A stretch of 63,773 bases of DNA, the filler included, from Dimorphilus gyrociliatus (Eukaryota > Animalia > Annelida): NCBI GenBank assembly GCA_904063045.1. It is 5 parts of 5 records of this genome, joined end to end, with 100 filler letters (N's around TTAATTAATTAA, not from the genome) between each part and the next. Parts side by side here need not be neighbours in the genome. Positions count along the whole stretch, not along the records: positions 1 to 28,227 come from CAJFCJ010000145.1; 4 more parts are not named here. The stretch is one strand, 5' to 3'. The position numbers and the translations under genes were made by a program. Shown piece after piece: positions 1-10,755 of the stretch (its first letter is position 1; the number at the start of each line of letters is the position of its first letter). The notes under the pieces are model-generated. The model was given only the letters and a program-made list of their open reading frames with translations. It was not told the origin of the DNA and did not search any database.

Positions 1-14
1 TATATATATATATA

Positions 15-1662
15 CAGTACGGGTAACCTATTTTTGAACGCCCAGCTTTTTTCTATATTAGTTAAAATATTTTTTCTTTAACATTAATTTTACAATCCAA
101 CAATTAGACATGGCAATTGTGACTTTGTAATCAACATATTCAATTAATTAAATCTTTGTATTTTACTGTTTAAATAACAAAAAATTTTTTATTATGAAAA
201 AATCGTGAAAAGTACCCGATATCCTATTTTTGAACAATAATTAAAAATTTACGAAAATGACCAAATTTTTTTGCTTTCCCACACGAAAATTTATGTCAAG
301 AATCAAAGTAGGATAACAATTTTAAAAAAGTTAAAAATGCCAAAAATAAGCTTGGACATGAGAAAATTAGTGTTGGAAAAGAGGAAGGAGAAGATGTCAA
401 TGAACGAAATTGCAAAACAATTAAAAATTTCAAAGGGATCTGTCCACTACATAACAAAAAAATTTGAGAAACATGGAACTATTAACAATCTATCGAAACT
501 ATGTACCCCAAAGATTTTAACAGAAAGGGAAGAGAGAAAAATTTGCCAAATTTCAAAGAGAAATCCATTTCTAACAGCAAGGAATGTGCTTGAACATTCA
601 GGATTAGGTTCCAAAATTTCTCTATCGACATGCAAAAAGATTTTGCAAAAAAACGACCTTAAAGGCTATGTTGCAACAAGTAAGCCAGCGCTAAAACCTT
701 GCCATGCAAGAAATAGAAAATCTTTTTGTTTGTCTATGTTAAATAAGAGTCAAGAAGATGTAAACAAAATTATATTTTCCGATGAAAGTCGGATTGAATT
801 GTATCCAAAAAGGAGAATTTGGGTCCATAGGGGGAGTCATAAACGGTATGATCCAAAATACACCAAAAAAGCTGTTCGAACAGCAAATTCATCAATATCA
901 ATATGGGGGTGTATAAAAGCTGATGGGACAAGAGCTATAAAGTTATATAATGGGTATATGGACAGCAATTTATACCAAGAAATACTTGAGGAGAAGCTAT
1001 TTCCAATGTTTGAGCCAGACAACCTGCTTATGCAGGATGGTGCCAAATGTCATACATCGGCATCTACAAGGACATTTCTTGAGAGAAACAATATAACAGT
1101 TTTACAAGACTGGCCATCCAGAAGCCCAGAATTGAACATTATTGAAAATTTGTGGGCTTACTTAAAAATAGGTTGCAAACCCATGTTTTGCAGACAAAAG
1201 ATGATTTGTGGAGGGCAGTAGAAGAGGAATTTAATAACATACCAAATTGGTATATTGCAAATTTATACAAAAGCTTCCATAAAAGAGCCAGATTATGTTG
1301 GAAAAATAAAGGATATAATATAAGATATTAAAGAAAAAGAAAAAGTGATTATTTGAAGTAATATAATCTATACGTTAATAAAATGTAAAAATAAACATAT
1401 TTCTTACCTTTTCTAACAACATTTTTATCAGAATTCATAAAGTTCAAAAATAGGATATCGGGCACTTTTTGTGACATTTTCAGAATAAAATTTTTTTTGT
1501 TATTTAAACAGTGAAATTTAAAAATTTAACTAGTTGAATCTGTTGTGTGCAAAGAGATAATTGACATATCTAATTATTCGATTGTAAAATTAATGTTATA
1601 GAAAAAATATTTTAACTATTATAGAAAATAGCTGGGCGTTCAAAAATAGGTTACCCGTACTG
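15..1662 (+). mobile_element. Tc1/mariner DNA transposon, family 1 copy A (1648 bp, IR/DR type)
   Basis: Termini CAGTACGGGTAACCTATTTTTGAACGCCCAGCT at 15 and its reverse complement ending at 1662. TA on both sides. Imperfect IRs of about 220 bp, each with an outer and inner 13-bp repeat CCTATTTTTGAAC (27-39, 223-235; 1442-1454, 1638-1650). Confidence 0.97.
337..1331 (+). pseudogene. Tc1 transposase (DD35E) with a 1-nt frameshift near the C-terminus
   Basis: HTH region plus FSDES, QDGA and SPELNIIENLW motifs. The A-run at ~1164-1168 has 5 A versus 6 in copy B, shifting YLKNRL to YLKIGC. This could be a homopolymer sequencing error. Confidence 0.9.
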
Positions 1663-2554
1663 TATATTGCCTAGTGATTATATGACATTCTATTTTTAGA
1701 TTTTGGAGACTGAAAAGTATAAATATTACTTATCAACAAGTAATAGTATTGTTAAAACATTATCCCAACAAAACCATGACATTTTGTCTCTTGGAAATTT
1801 TTTTAGAAAGATATTAATACAATTTCATTTGATAAGAAAATAAAATTCAAAACTCTTTTTGTTTCCTGTTTTTATTGTAATAAAACACTAAAGTACTTCA
1901 AAATCTCCCATATACTGGGCTTGCTACATTTAAAAACCCCTTTTTCACTGATGCTTTCAGGGTAGATGGTACTAAACCACCAAAAATGACCCCCTTTATA
2001 GGCAAAATATAGCATGTTACATATCCCAACAACATCAAGTGTGGTTTAGTCTACTGCCCTTGCTGTACAAATACAAATTTAGAGTGTAAAAGAAGGGTGA
2101 TTTATAGACTTTTGTAAGATGGTAAAAAATTTTGCAACAATGAAGTGATTATAAATTAACCAAGCAAGATGATGAGTATATTACCTTGAAAAACACCTAT
2201 CAATAAATATTCTTTAGACTAAATAGTTTTATTCTGTCAATAGATTTTTTGATAAAATCTTTGTGAAACATCCTTGAAAAAGACCTTACAAATTCAGGTC
2301 ATACCTTTACAGTTAGTCTTTCAATTGCTAATAAATTTACGTAAGCCAATTATGGAGTGTTTATACAGTTGAAGGTTTTACTGCATTTTTGTTGTTAGAC
2401 TATCAGTAGGCAAAATATTCTAGATTTTGATCTAAGGAAAAAATGGCCTACCAAAAAGGCCTATTATACTAGAAAATTGGCGAAGCGTATAATATATATT
2501 TAAAAGGGTAGAAAAGACCTTAAAGTAGCTCTAGTATGGAATATCAATAATAAA

Positions 2555-4222
2555 ATGGCTTCCAATACTTACTTGATTAGTGAAGATAGTCTAACTTGCG
2601 CTATTTGTTTAGATTCTTGGCTAGAAAGAGAGCCGAGAATGCTACAATGCCAACATACGTTTTGCCTGGATTGTCTACAAAAGTTAACAGTTACGAATGG
2701 GGCAATTGTCTGTTGCCTTTGTAAGGAAAAATGTAAATTGCCTGGCGGCCGAGTTGGCAACCTTCGAAAAAATATTATTGAGAGTTCGCTAAAGAGAGTG
2801 CCAATAGAAGAGAAATTGTGCTGTAAACATCAAAAAGAGTCGTCTCTCTTTTGTAAAACTCACAATACCGATAATCTGTGTAGTCTATGCTTCGAAGAGG
2901 ATCATCTACAATGCAATATTACAACAATGAAGAAGCAGAGGGAAAGGATCAACTTTATCAAGAATAATTACATAGGAAAAGAATTGAAAAAGAATGCGGA
3001 TATCCTCCGCAAAATTGACGTCATTAAAAGAACATGGCTGGAAACTATTGACAAACAATTTGCGGAAATGAAATATAAAATAAATAACATAAATCAAAAA
3101 AGAATTCAATTATTAAATGAGATTTTAATGCAAAATCCGGATGACGTTTATTTGAATGATTTCTTGGAGAAATTCTCCAAACAACAAACTCAATTTGAAA
3201 TATTAAATGACGCAAAAGTTGGCTATAGGATCAATAATCCAGGAGTAAGGAGTAATAGTTCAAATGAAGAGCCAAACGTTTTAATTGACTTTGAAAGAAG
3301 TTGCAGTACAGAGAAAGAAATTCATAGAGTTGTTGAAATTTTAAACAAAAGCCACAAAGTTCAAGATGTGAACTTTTCTCATAATTTACATTTGAACAAT
3401 GGAATTTCAAGAATTTGTAAACAATTAGAGAAATCTTGTGATTATTTAAAAAAGATTTATTTACAAAATTGTAATTTAAACGAAAACAGTTGCATTCTTA
3501 TTGGAAATTTATTAATGAACTGCTCGCAAATTCAACTGATAGGATTGGAAGAGAATACAAATATGGGTAGTGGATTGATGAAAATATGCCAAGGACTCGA
3601 AACGTCTTCGGCAACGTTGAACGCTTTAGGCTTTACGAATTGTAATCTAGATGAAGATATGAGCATTTATCTTGGTGAGTTGTTGGAGAATTGTAGTCAA
3701 ATTGAAAATATTTACTTGGGAGGGAATAGAAATATGAAGAATGGATTAATGAAGATATGCAAAGGTCTAGAAAGATCTTCAGCCAATTTGAAGATAATAT
3801 CTTTCAACAGTTGTAATCTGGACGTAACGATGTGCAAATATATTGGAAATTTATTAGTAAATTGTTGTCAATTTCAACAAATCTATCTTGGAGAAAACGT
3901 TAATATGAAACAGGGATTGTTAAAGATTTGCGAAGGTCTTGAAAAATCCTTTAATACCTTAAAGATTATAGCATTGGACTATTGCAATTTAGATGAATAT
4001 ATGTGCGGCTATATTGAAAGAGTTTTGGTGAATTGTACTCAAATCGAAAAGCTATATTTAGGTGGCAATACCCGTATAAGAAATAGGATAATGACCATTT
4101 GTGAAGCTCTACAAAAGTCTACTTCTCCTCTAATTGAGATTATTTTAACTGATTGTAAATTGGATGAGAATCATTGTAAAAGTATTAAGAGCCATTTTAG
4201 AAATATCTCTTTTACGATATAA
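2555..4222 (+). CDS. TRIM-like RING/B-box/short coiled-coil protein with C-terminal RI/NLR-type LRR array (555 aa, intronless)
   Basis: C3HC4 RING (CAIC...CQHTFCLDC...CCLC), B-box2-like CCKH-x7-CKTH...CSLC...HLQC, helical segment, then about 10 alternating 29/28-aa LRRs (IENIYLGGN... / LKIISFNSCNL...). ATG in AAAATGG context. Confidence 0.93.
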   Translation: MASNTYLISEDSLTCAICLDSWLEREPRMLQCQHTFCLDCLQKLTVTNGAIVCCLCKEKCKLPGGRVGNLRKNIIESSLKRVPIEEKLCCKHQKESSLFCKTHNTDNLCSLCFEEDHLQCNITTMKKQRERINFIKNNYIGKELKKNADILRKIDVIKRTWLETIDKQFAEMKYKINNINQKRIQLLNEILMQNPDDVYLNDFLEKFSKQQTQFEILNDAKVGYRINNPGVRSNSSNEEPNVLIDFERSCSTEKEIHRVVEILNKSHKVQDVNFSHNLHLNNGISRICKQLEKSCDYLKKIYLQNCNLNENSCILIGNLLMNCSQIQLIGLEENTNMGSGLMKICQGLETSSATLNALGFTNCNLDEDMSIYLGELLENCSQIENIYLGGNRNMKNGLMKICKGLERSSANLKIISFNSCNLDVTMCKYIGNLLVNCCQFQQIYLGENVNMKQGLLKICEGLEKSFNTLKIIALDYCNLDEYMCGYIERVLVNCTQIEKLYLGGNTRIRNRIMTICEALQKSTSPLIEIILTDCKLDENHCKSIKSHFRNISFTI

Positions 4223-4424
4223 AATACTTTTTAAAGTCATGTTTTAATGACTAGATTGTAAAAGAAGAAGAAGAAGAATATTTCTATTCATTAATTATCG
4301 CTCTTTTTTTATGTAGTTTTGTTTTTTTTTTAAAAAAAAAGGTTTTCTTCATAAATCATCACAAATTATCAAGCGTTAAAGTCCCTTATCAACGTCTACA
4401 TTCATTCGTTCATTCTTTACCAGT

Positions 4425-7007
4425 TTATTCTATTATCGTTTCGTATATATGCTCGGGGACAAGATGTAATATACAATGTTTAAATCGAGTTTTAAGAAGA
4501 TCACAATAGCAATCTTCCAATTTGCAATTGAGAAAATTAATTTCCTTTAAAGTATTTAATGACGTTAGAAGTGCGTTGTAAATAGCTACAAATCCGTAGC
4601 TCATATTCTCATTTTCTCCTAGGTATATATTCGTAATTTGAGAGCATTTCTCTAAAAGACTCTTAATAGATTCGCACATATCTTCCTTAAGATCGCAAGC
4701 TGTAAAATTAATGATTTTTAAATTATTCAACGAGTTTTCAAGTCCTTTACAAATTTCCTCTATTCCATTTCTTATATAGACATTTCCTTCAAAGTTTACT
4801 TGTTCTATTTGGGAACATTTGATAAAGAGATTTCCAATATCTTTGGATAGATGTTCGTCTAAGCTATTGTTTGCAAAATTGATACGTTTCAGCGTTGTAG
4901 AAGATCTCTCGAGTCCTTTACAAATGTTGAAAAATCCGTTTTGAATTTCGCTATTATTGCTAATGTCTATATCCTCAATACGACAGCATTTCAATAAAAG
5001 ATTACCAATAGATTGCGCAATATTCTCGTCAACTCCACAATTCCGAAATGAAATAGTTGTTAGGGAAGCCGAAGAATTTTGCAATTCATTACAAATATCA
5101 ATTAGACGTCCTCCTATTTTTCTATTTCCGGTTAGGTTTATATTCTCAATTGTAGAACAATTTTGCAACATTTGACTAATATTGGTGCACATTTGCTCAT
5201 TTAAATTACAATATTGAAAGTGGAGACACCGTATATAATTGGAATTTATTTCGAGTCTTTTCGAATATTCCAAGAATGAATTATCCATCTTGTCATTTCT
5301 GGATAGATTTATTTCTCTAATTTGAATGCAATTTATCAGCAGATTTTCAACGGCTCCGCACAAAATTTCATTTATGTTACAATTGCAAAGACGAAGAATC
5401 TTTAGCGTTTTTGAAGAGCTTTGTAATCCTTCTAAAATATTCAATAATCCTTCTTCTAACTTTTGATTGTTACTCAAATCTATACTTTCAATTCGACAAC
5501 AAATTGATAATAGATTTCCAATAGAAACGGCCTGATTCCTATTTAGATTACAATTTTCAAAGGAAATAACTTTGAGAAAAATTGAAGAGGCTGCCAGTCG
5601 TTGGCAAATTCCATTCAATTCACTTTCAATCATTCCATATCCTCCCAGACTGATTGTTTCAATTTTATGACAAACTGAAAGTAATTCTCCAATAGACGTA
5701 AACATGTTTTTAGACAAAGTCTTGTCCGATTTACAGCCAATAAGATTGATAAACTTTAAAGAATCGCATGACTCTTTTAACGCTATACAAATGTCTTTAA
5801 TTTCATCGCCAATTTCTTGATTGTTTGCCAAGTTTACGTGTTCGAGAATTGAGCATTTTTTCAATAGATTTACAACGGTTTTACCTTGATAACTACTCAA
5901 TTGAAAATTTTCAAAATCTAGATATTTCAATAGCGTTGATGAATTTCCAAGCGCTTGACAAACAATTAAAAAACCATTATCATTACTAATCCTACTTCCG
6001 GATAGACTAAAGCGTTTAATTTCAGTACAATTCGTTAATAGCTTTCCGAGATGTTCGCACATATTTACATCTAAACGACAATCAATAAATTCAATAACAT
6101 TTAAATGAGCGGCAGATGTTTGAAGATGGCGGAAAATTCTTTCCAATCCATCATTAACCAATGGTAAATTGAATGAAAAATTGATTTCTTCAATGTTTGT
6201 TGTTGTTTTTAACCGATTAATAATCTTTTTAATATCCATTTCCGTATTGAGATTCGGTGTAAAGCGAACATTTTGGCAAGTTTGCCTTTCAACCGCCATT
6301 TCCTCTCCATCTATTCTGAATTGCAATAGAGAATCGTCGAGTATTTCAATACTGGTGTTGTATTGAGAGAATTTTTCCAAGTAATCTTTCAAGCGAATTT
6401 CATTGGCGTTGTTGTAAAAGTATTGATTTAAAATATGAAATCTTTGCTCCTTTCTCTTATCGACAATATTTTGAATTTGTTGAAATTGTTCATTAACGTT
6501 TTGTATACATTTTGCTTTCAATTGGCGAATTCTATTAGAAATATTTGTATTCTTTTCCAACTCTTTTTTTACATAGATTTTCTTTAGTAAAGCGAAATTG
6601 TGTTCAGTTATAACCATATCGCATTTATGATGTCTTTCGTTGCAACATTCGGTGCATATATCTTCCCTATGAGTTTTACAATATATATACAATTCTTTTT
6701 GGTCATGTTTCTTACATAATTCATACGACGCCTTCTTCTTAACGCATCCATTGTCGGTTGTTGACTTTTGAAGTGACGTCAATAAAGGATTCCTTTTTAG
6801 ATTATCAACAACACCACCAGGAACAATTGACACTTGGCGACATCTAGAACAAGAAATACGTTCGTTTACAATTGACGATGATAGTAAACAATTTCGGCAG
6901 AAAGTATGTTGACAATCCAATGTTAGTGGATCATTTTCAAACCAGGAACGCTGGCAAATCGTACAAATTAAATCGTTTTTGTTTATTATAACTTCTATAG
7001 AGGCCAT
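4425..7007 (-). CDS. TRIM-like RING/B-box/short coiled-coil protein with long RI/NLR-type LRR array (860 aa, intronless)
   Basis: RING CTIC...CQHTFCRNC...CSRC, B-box CKKH...CKTH...CTEC...HHKC, then about 21 alternating 29/28-aa LRRs. Paralog of 2555-4222 in convergent orientation. Confidence 0.93.
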   Translation of the reverse strand: MASIEVIINKNDLICTICQRSWFENDPLTLDCQHTFCRNCLLSSSIVNERISCSRCRQVSIVPGGVVDNLKRNPLLTSLQKSTTDNGCVKKKASYELCKKHDQKELYIYCKTHREDICTECCNERHHKCDMVITEHNFALLKKIYVKKELEKNTNISNRIRQLKAKCIQNVNEQFQQIQNIVDKRKEQRFHILNQYFYNNANEIRLKDYLEKFSQYNTSIEILDDSLLQFRIDGEEMAVERQTCQNVRFTPNLNTEMDIKKIINRLKTTTNIEEINFSFNLPLVNDGLERIFRHLQTSAAHLNVIEFIDCRLDVNMCEHLGKLLTNCTEIKRFSLSGSRISNDNGFLIVCQALGNSSTLLKYLDFENFQLSSYQGKTVVNLLKKCSILEHVNLANNQEIGDEIKDICIALKESCDSLKFINLIGCKSDKTLSKNMFTSIGELLSVCHKIETISLGGYGMIESELNGICQRLAASSIFLKVISFENCNLNRNQAVSIGNLLSICCRIESIDLSNNQKLEEGLLNILEGLQSSSKTLKILRLCNCNINEILCGAVENLLINCIQIREINLSRNDKMDNSFLEYSKRLEINSNYIRCLHFQYCNLNEQMCTNISQMLQNCSTIENINLTGNRKIGGRLIDICNELQNSSASLTTISFRNCGVDENIAQSIGNLLLKCCRIEDIDISNNSEIQNGFFNICKGLERSSTTLKRINFANNSLDEHLSKDIGNLFIKCSQIEQVNFEGNVYIRNGIEEICKGLENSLNNLKIINFTACDLKEDMCESIKSLLEKCSQITNIYLGENENMSYGFVAIYNALLTSLNTLKEINFLNCKLEDCYCDLLKTRFKHCILHLVPEHIYETIIE

Positions 7008-7093
7008 TTTGTTATTGATCTCTGACGAATATCGAATAGAATCATTTATTAAAAGTACAATCCGCGTATTAGCTTAGAGATCGATATAATATC

Positions 7094-7224
7094 GAGGGAG
7101 GAGGAAAAGGAGGGGGAGAAGGGTGGGGAGATGAATGAAGAGTAGATGGAGGAGAAACAAGTGAAGGAGAAGGAGGGGAGGAGCAGGAGGAGCAGGAGGA
7201 GGAGAAAGGAGAAAAAGAAAAAGA
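7094..7224 (+). repeat. Polypurine (GA-rich) low-complexity tract
   Basis: About 130 nt of almost only G/A (gaggaggaaaaggagggggag...), just upstream of the minus-strand TRIM-LRR start. Confidence 0.8.
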
Positions 7225-7626
7225 ATATTCGTATTCTATTCTCTTCTCTAGATTCCATTAAAATCACCTTTTCATTTTAAATGTAATAAATAGGCTTTTA
7301 CTATTCAATAATCATTTTCGTAGACCAATCTATACTAAGCTTATTCCCCTTATCTAATACCAATTGTGTAAAGAGAGATAACAGAGAGAGAATAGCTAGT
7401 GCTTATCTCTTACGAAACTCCGGCAAAGAGATAAAATATAAAGATTTGTGTGCGAACCATAGTAACGAGGCCAAGAAACTAGATTTTCTTTAATCTCTGG
7501 AGAAGTAATCAGCATAGCAGCGGATAATAAATGCAGATAATAATACAATTAAAACTTGTCACGTGACTCTTATTCATAAATGAGAAATTCTCACATAGGT
7601 CAAAAAATTAAATAGAATTACTACTA

Positions 7627-9708
7627 TTAGTTCTTTAAGCAGACAATGAATAGAATGAATGATAGAATGTAAGAAAATAGTCCTATATTCTTCTTAACCG
7701 CCGTTGATCCACTACTATTTCCCTCTGAAACGATTGAAATAAAAGTTGAAAATCTGGAAAAATAAAACATTTGCACTGTTGAAACGCTTACTTTGAACTA
7801 AGATTTGTCTGCTATTGCTAGTCAGAGTAACGTAGTTATCAGAGTTTTTGTATAGTTTAACAACACAAGAAAAACTGGAATTATTAATAGAATATTGAGC
7901 AATGTCCGTAACTTGAAGTGTTATCCAATAGGGATTTGTCAACAACGTTTCATTCGCTTTGAAAACATTACCATTTCTATAGAGTTTGATATCAAACTTT
8001 CCACTACCCCAAAGATCCAGTTTACAAGCAAAATGAAAGCGTTCACCTTCTCTAAGAACCCTTGACGGACTTAAAGTCAGCTGTGGATCGGAATCTATAA
8101 TTTAAAAACAAATAAAATAAACAAGCGTTTGTTTGTCAAGTTTTGCTCAATCTTACTATAAACATAGATATGATCTGTATACGTATTCAAATTTCTTGAA
8201 CAGATAAAACTAGAGGCAAGAATTCCGCCGTTAGTCTGAAAGAGAGAGAGAGTAAAAAATATGTAAATGTTGAATGTTGATTTTTTCTTGTTTTTTATGC
8301 AAATTTTTTCATTACAGTCTCTAAACTTTTTATAGTAAAGTTGTAAAACGTTAGATTTGAATTCGTTGAAACTGTCCATTTATCTTTGAAATAATTGGAG
8401 AGGTAAGGTGTTTGGTATACGTTTAAAGAGTTAGCAGTGTTATTCAATTTCAGTTTTAGGTCTTTCTTCGCTGGAAAGGAGAAAATTTTGAATTTGAAAT
8501 GGAAAAACAATAGATAATAAGTTTTTACCTGAAAGAGAATAGGTAAATGATACAGTTTCTCCAACTTTACCAACTACGTATCCAGGTGTTGTGTGGAATT
8601 TAACTGAAAAAATCGCAGATGTTTAGTATTTTACAAGTCGATTGAATAATAGGGTTTAATAGGGTTTCTTACCTACATCTCCTATTACGTTATTATCTGG
8701 AAAAAGTAGATAGCGTCAGGCCTATTGTTGTTATTAAATAGAAATAGTAGTATTTACCTTTAACCTGAATGTTTATGGTATTACTGGAAAAAACTACAAA
8801 TTGCGTAGAATTCCTATTCAACTTGACATGACAAGTGAAATTATCGCCATTCATATCTTTGTTTGCGTGAAGGGAGATCCGTTGCGATATTTTTCCAAGA
8901 GATATTGTCGTTTCTGACGAGTTGATATTTTTAATTTTGTCTCCATTTTGAAGTATGTCAATGACAAAGCCGCCACTTCCCCATAATTCGAATTGGCAGT
9001 AAAAGTTGAAAAATTCATTAGTTTCAAGAATTTCACCTGGGCAGCTGGACAATGTTGGATCTGAATCTGTTACGGTAGTCAAACAAAACCACATTCGATT
9101 AACCCTTTTTGTACATTACGTCATAGAAAACAGTATAGAATATCTACCATAAACGTAAATAGTATCGTGTATATCGTCGTAATCAATGGTTCCAGTGTTT
9201 ACAATGATAGAAGATTTGAGAACGCAGCCGTCGCTCTAAGCGTAGGCAAAATGTTTCGTATATATGTTATATTAAAATAATTAAAGCGGACAGTGTTTAA
9301 TCACCTTTTGTAAGTTTCTAACAGTAAAATTATAAGTTGAACTGCGTCGAGAAGGTGTAACTGCCCACCTATCTCGAAAATTATTCATGATAAATGGAGT
9401 TCGGTAGATAACCTCTTCCCTATTTTTCATGACTTTCATTAAGCTTCTTTCTAATTAGCAATTGTATAGAATTGATTATTCAATATTTTTCCTACTGTTT
9501 CTACCGCTGATTGAATAGGTCCACGTTAAATCCTGTCCAATTTTGGCAAACATTCTACCCGGACGTTCAGTAAAATAGACTGAAATTCAAGTAGTATTGA
9601 TATATTAACAAGACGCTTTTTTGTCATCTTACCGCCGTAACAAACGGAAAAGCCAATTAGAGGTAGAAGAAGAAGAGGAGAACAGGAGGAGAGTAATGAA
9701 TTACGCAT
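7627..9708 (-). CDS. Secreted, probably GPI-anchored Ig-like protein; 11 exons, 475 aa; two tandem V-like + C-like units
   Basis: Hand-built GT-AG model keeps frame: 9708-9633, 9579-9505, 9450-9305, 9235-9148, 9066-8758, 8696-8673, 8603-8529, 8470-8316, 8235-8157, 8094-7792, 7724-7627. N-terminal signal peptide, paired Cys in the C-like domains, C-terminal GNSSGS followed by a hydrophobic tail. Confidence 0.85.
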
Positions 9709-9940
9709 TGTTATAGATGTCTTTTTTGTCGCTGTACTACAACTAATTTTTTTCTTTCTACTGCAAAATGCAACTTATCAGTTGTGTATTGTACATAAAA
9801 AACAATTGTAATATTATAATAGACAGATAAACGAAGGTAACAATGAGAAGACACTAAAAAAACTGCTTGTCTTACAAAAAGTACTCAACAATAACCGATT
9901 TATTCGTCAATCCAACGTAACAATGCGCTTCGTTGCTGTT

Positions 9941-9943
<3 letters not shown>

Positions 9944-9974
<31 letters not shown>
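9944..9974. repeat. (TA)n microsatellite
   Basis: About 15 TA units. Others occur at 1-14, ~15138-15160, ~31804-31820 and ~37902-37930. Confidence 0.9.
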
Positions 9975-9978
<4 letters not shown>

Positions 9979-10755
9979 ATCAGATAAGGTATGTATATTA
10001 AAATCGATAGTATTGTCACTATCGTCTGGTATAAAAATTTTCTTTATTCCTTTTCCCGGCTAGAAATTACCTTATTAATTTGTCAAAAAAATGAAAATTA
10101 TGAATAGAACAGCAAAAATTCCCAACGTTACAAAAAACCCTTTCAAATGCCTTTTTGGTTCATTTTTTCTTTTCCTTATCTTTTATACTTATCAGTCTTG
10201 TAAAAAGTATTCTAACACAGTTCATTTAGTCTATTGGCTAGGATGTTTACCTTTGATCTATTTTCTTCTATAAACGTTACTGCTACATCTCTATAATCCA
10301 CAAATTTGTCGGGTTAAATTTTGCCTGTTTTGGTAGTATTTATACGTATTCGTACATTTAATTGGTAATATAATAGCTATAGCTGCATTGTAAAACCGGA
10401 AATGGTAAATAATTATCAAAGTATACGCATACTGATTCATAAAAAATTCCAATTAATCAGCAAATTTACCTTTGAAAAACAATTGATTTTGAAAGCATCG
10501 TATACCATTATAGATGGTATAAAGTCAACTATTTCAACCGGTTAACAATAATACAATGACCTAATTATACAAAACAATGGGAATGGTTATAGGGTTAGGG
10601 TTGGGGTAACCACGAAAAAAAAAATCGATAGCAACCATAATACGAGCCTACCGAAAGTAGGAAAATGAATAACAAAATGGCCTAATATTTAGTTATATAA
10701 TACATTACAAAAATAGTTTAGTCAGTATAGTCTCGTTCCGATGAAGAAATGAAAA

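Noticed and set aside
271-336. TTG/GTG-initiated N-terminal extensions in the ORF track (transposases, GPCRs)
   Set aside because: Eukaryotic locus; downstream ATGs with good context match family N-termini.
447-1046. Short antisense ORFs inside Tc1 copies, and similar ORFs opposite the LRR, SDR and GPCR genes
   Set aside because: Shadow frames of real coding strands with no independent motifs.
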